A stretch of DNA of 63,708 bases, filler included, from Jimgerdemannia flammicorona (taxonomy: Eukaryota), in assembly GCA_003990765.1 (NCBI GenBank). It is 2 parts of 2 records of this genome, joined end to end, with 100 filler letters (N's around TTAATTAATTAA, not from the genome) between each part and the next. Parts side by side here need not be neighbours in the genome. Positions count along the whole stretch, not along the records: positions 31,912 to 63,708 come from RBNJ01000379.1; 1 more part is not named here. One strand, 5' to 3'. Shown piece after piece: positions 60,601 to 63,708 of the stretch; position 1 is the stretch's first letter, and each line of letters opens with the position of its first letter. The position numbers were made by a program, and so were the translations under genes. The notes below the pieces were generated by a model that was not told the origin of the DNA, searched no databases, and saw only the letters and a program-made list of their open reading frames with translations.

Positions 60601-63483
60601 GAAGCCAGAAAGAAGGACCCTCAAGATCTATGATTTAGAAGAAGACATCCTAGCTCTCATCAGACATACAACCTACTAAGAATGAGTAGAGAATGCCACA
60701 AACTTTATGGAAGCTCTAGACCCTACAGAAAGAAGAGGAATCAACTATCTCCAAGACCCCTCCACTGGAGCCAGATGGCCACACCTCAACCTCAGAGTCT
60801 GAAGGCTCTCTGCTAGTAGAGCCTCAGCCCAAGGATAGGCCAAACTTAGTAAGAATGTTGTCCAGTATACCCTGCTATATCCAAAGGCCAAACCCCCAAC
60901 CAAAGCTCACCCAGAAGATATAGGATATGATTTTCACAGTCTGGAGGATGAATCTATCAAGCCTGGAAAAACATTCATAATCAGAATCAGATTAGCCATG
61001 TAGCCACCCTGAGGAGCTTACATTCAACTGACCTCAAGATCTGGACTTGCTAGACAAGGAATAACTGTAGAAGGAGGAACTATTGACCCAGGATATATAG
61101 GCAAAATCAAGGTCATTCTATACAATAGCAGTACAGAATAGTACTAAATTATTAGAGAACAGAATATTGCCGAAGCAGTCTTCATGAAGGTCAAGACCCC
61201 ACAACTACAAGAAGTCTCTGAACTAACTGAAGGAATAAGACAAGCCAAAGGATTTGAAAGTTTAGATAAGAAGAAAGTACATCTCCTTCAAGTCAACCAC
61301 CTCAAGAGGAATATTCCTCAGCAAGTATACTACCAATTAGTCAAACTATACAAGAATCTCATCCTAGAGTCTGGAGAACAAACCACCTTTGAAATCTTTG
61401 CACCACCCAACCCCAGAAACCTTTTCTTTGAACCCAATAAAGATATCCCATACCTGGATATAGAAGGATACACATTCCCTAACAAGATGAACCCAGTGCA
61501 TTCCCAAGCAACCAACCAAAGTTAGGAAACTATCATTTTGCCAAAAGGAACTATCATAGGACATCTGGTGCCTTTTCTCAACCAAACTCATAGAGAAGTT
61601 TATGAACTAAACTTATCAGGAAACATCAAAAGGTCACAGAAGAAAGGAAAGGCCCCTCTGCGACCCAGGAGACAGTGAAGCCTTCCACAAACATTGGAGA
61701 AGAATTAACATCCTAACAATAGCAATAACTAGTAGAACTCCTCAATAAATATCAAGATATCTTCACTACTGATTATGGCAACCTACCATATAATCCATTA
61801 TACCACTACAGCATAAATACAGAAAATGCAACACCCATTTGATAGAAACTCTATAGAATACTCTATTACTTAAAAACATTTGAAAGGAGCACATTCAAGA
61901 ACTCTTAGACAATGGAGTTGTCTGACCCTCTACTAGCCCCTGGGCCAGCCCTATACTTATTGTACCAAAGAAAGGAGGATGGAGACTCTGTGTAAATTAC
62001 AGGAAACTCAATACAGTCACTGAAAAGGATACCTATCCTTTGCCCAGAATTGATGACCTTTTGGATCAGTTACAAGATACCAGATACTTCAATAGTATGA
62101 ACCTTTTCACAGAATTCTATGAGATCTCTATGAACCCTAAAGACATTCAAAAGATGGCCTTCTTTGCTTTAGAAAAACTGTTTGAATACCTCTGAATGCT
62201 CTTTGGACTTTGCAATATATCCCCCCACCTTTCAGAGGATGATAAATTCAGTCTATACCCCCTTAATCCACCACTGTCTGATTGTATACATGGATGATTT
62301 CAATATCTATTCAGTAAATTTCGAAGAATACTTGTACTATCTAGAGGAATTCTTCAAGCTCACTCACAAGAACCACTTGAGACTGAATATAAAGAAATAC
62401 TACTTTGGGAAACAGAAACTTAAATTTCTTGGATTTATAGTTTTAAAAGAAGAAATCCATACAGATCTAAAGAAAACTGAGAAGATCAATAGTTGGCCAG
62501 TACCCAAGACCTTAAAGGAAACACTATCATTCCTGATGCTAGTATCCTACTATAGAAGGTTTATCAAGAAATTTGCCCAAATCACTGCTCCAATCCAAGT
62601 CCTTCTCAAGAAAGAAGTATCTTATAAATAGACAGAAATATATGAGAAAGCCTTCAAAGAACTCAAGAACTGTATGACCACAGCACTAATTCTTGTGCAC
62701 TCCAATCTACAAAAGCCATTCATCTTATATACAGATACTTCTAAAGATAGTCTAGGAGTAGTTCTAGCCCAAGAAGGACCTGATCAACAACACCATATGA
62801 TAGCTTATGCAAGTCAAGCTACCAATTGGCAATATATGAACTCTGGTAGCACCAAACTAGAATATCTTGCAGTCATATAAACAGTCACTCTGTTCAAGCA
62901 TTACCTTATTGGAAAAAGGTTTACTCTGAACACAGACCATATAGTCCTCAAATGGCTATTCAACTACAAGAAACTCACTAGAATTCTAGTCCACTGGATT
63001 CTTATCCTTCAGAATTACAAAATCACCATCATCTACAAAGCAGAAAAAGCTCACAACAATGTTGATGTACTTTTTCATCAGCCCCAATAAATCAGAAAGA
63101 GGGTGTCCCAAGAAACTACACTAAAGGAAGCTCCTCAGACCATCAAGGTACAAGAAGATTTCATCTGAAAGGAATATCAGAGGGCTCACCAAGGACAAGC
63201 AAACATAGAAAAACAGTTGCAAATAATACACCAACATTGGCCCAATCTCAGAATATAAGTCCAGAATATACTCAAGAAATATAACACCTGCCAGAAGTAC
63301 CAAGGAAGGAAGAACTACTAAGTACCACTACAACCAATCATACTACCAGACAATATCTTTCAGAGATGGAGAGTAGACATAATTAGACTCCTACTAGTTA
63401 TACTAAGAAGAAACAAATATATTCTTGTATTTGTGAAATGTCTGACTAAATGGCCTGAGGCTTTTCCAATGAAAATCATAGAT
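57692..63483 (+). pseudogene. gag-pol: Gypsy-A2 gag-pol: gag, zinc knuckle, protease, Cys/His spacer, dUTPase (~60870-61270), RT, RNase H, integrase (truncated)
   Basis: PTFAGYLEEDPREFL; CFHCGQFGYYATEC (~58553-58594); ILIDTGAA (~59242); IGYDF/SRSGL/GTIDPGYIG; YMDD; YTDTSK. Confidence 0.92.
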
Positions 63484-63545
63484 CATTATCTTCAGATAGT
63501 GTCCAGCAAGGATCATCCCAGAGAATAAGTTTAGAGACCTCTTCT

Positions 63546-63547
<2 letters not shown>

Positions 63548-63633
<86 letters not shown>

Positions 63634-63708
63634 GACTCATGTCCCGCGGATTTTTTTTGGTAGGGAATCTAGACTATATAGGTCAAACCCCTTCTCCACT
63701 TCTTTCCT
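63548..63708 (-). mobile_element. 3' end of another poly(A)-tailed retroelement, continuing beyond the window
   Basis: ~80-nt T-run on + followed by unique sequence unlike the X/Y 3' ends. Confidence 0.55.

Larger units (their letters stand above)
55979..63483 (+). mobile_element. Gypsy family A, copy A2 (partial 5' LTR to mid-integrase)
   Basis: LTR, PBS, gag, protease, dUTPase, RT, RNase H, partial integrase. Confidence 0.94.

Overview
Eukaryotic (probably fungal; inferred from the element types and mutation pattern) heterochromatin-like window made almost entirely of nested, decayed transposable elements. I see no host gene, RNA gene or CRISPR array. Contents: (A) two copies of a Ty3/Gypsy family on + (291-7220; 55979-63483) with gag-PR-Cys/His spacer-dUTPase-RT-RH-IN, a tRNA-Pro-like PBS and an extra 3' ORF. 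(B) three copies of a chromovirus-type Gypsy on - (14391-20406, and a 3-LTR tandem at 32578-55978) with gag-dUTPase-PR-RT-RH-IN-chromodomain, a tRNA-iMet-like PBS and an extra 3' ORF. (C) L1/Tx1-like LINEs of two families, X and Y, including a full-length TSD-flanked copy at 49352-55241. (D) a hAT family: two young non-autonomous copies and a decayed transposase-bearing left end with the same TIR. (E) a 1.19-kb TIR-less, hairpin-ended, minisatellite-filled insertion with a 15-bp TSD, whose terminal hairpin recurs at 32091. A 100-bp scaffold spacer lies at 31812-31911. Reading frames are broken mostly by C>T/G>A changes in CpG and CpA contexts. One LTR U3 segment has escaped this decay. All assignments come from reading motifs by eye; no searches were run and domain boundaries are approximate.
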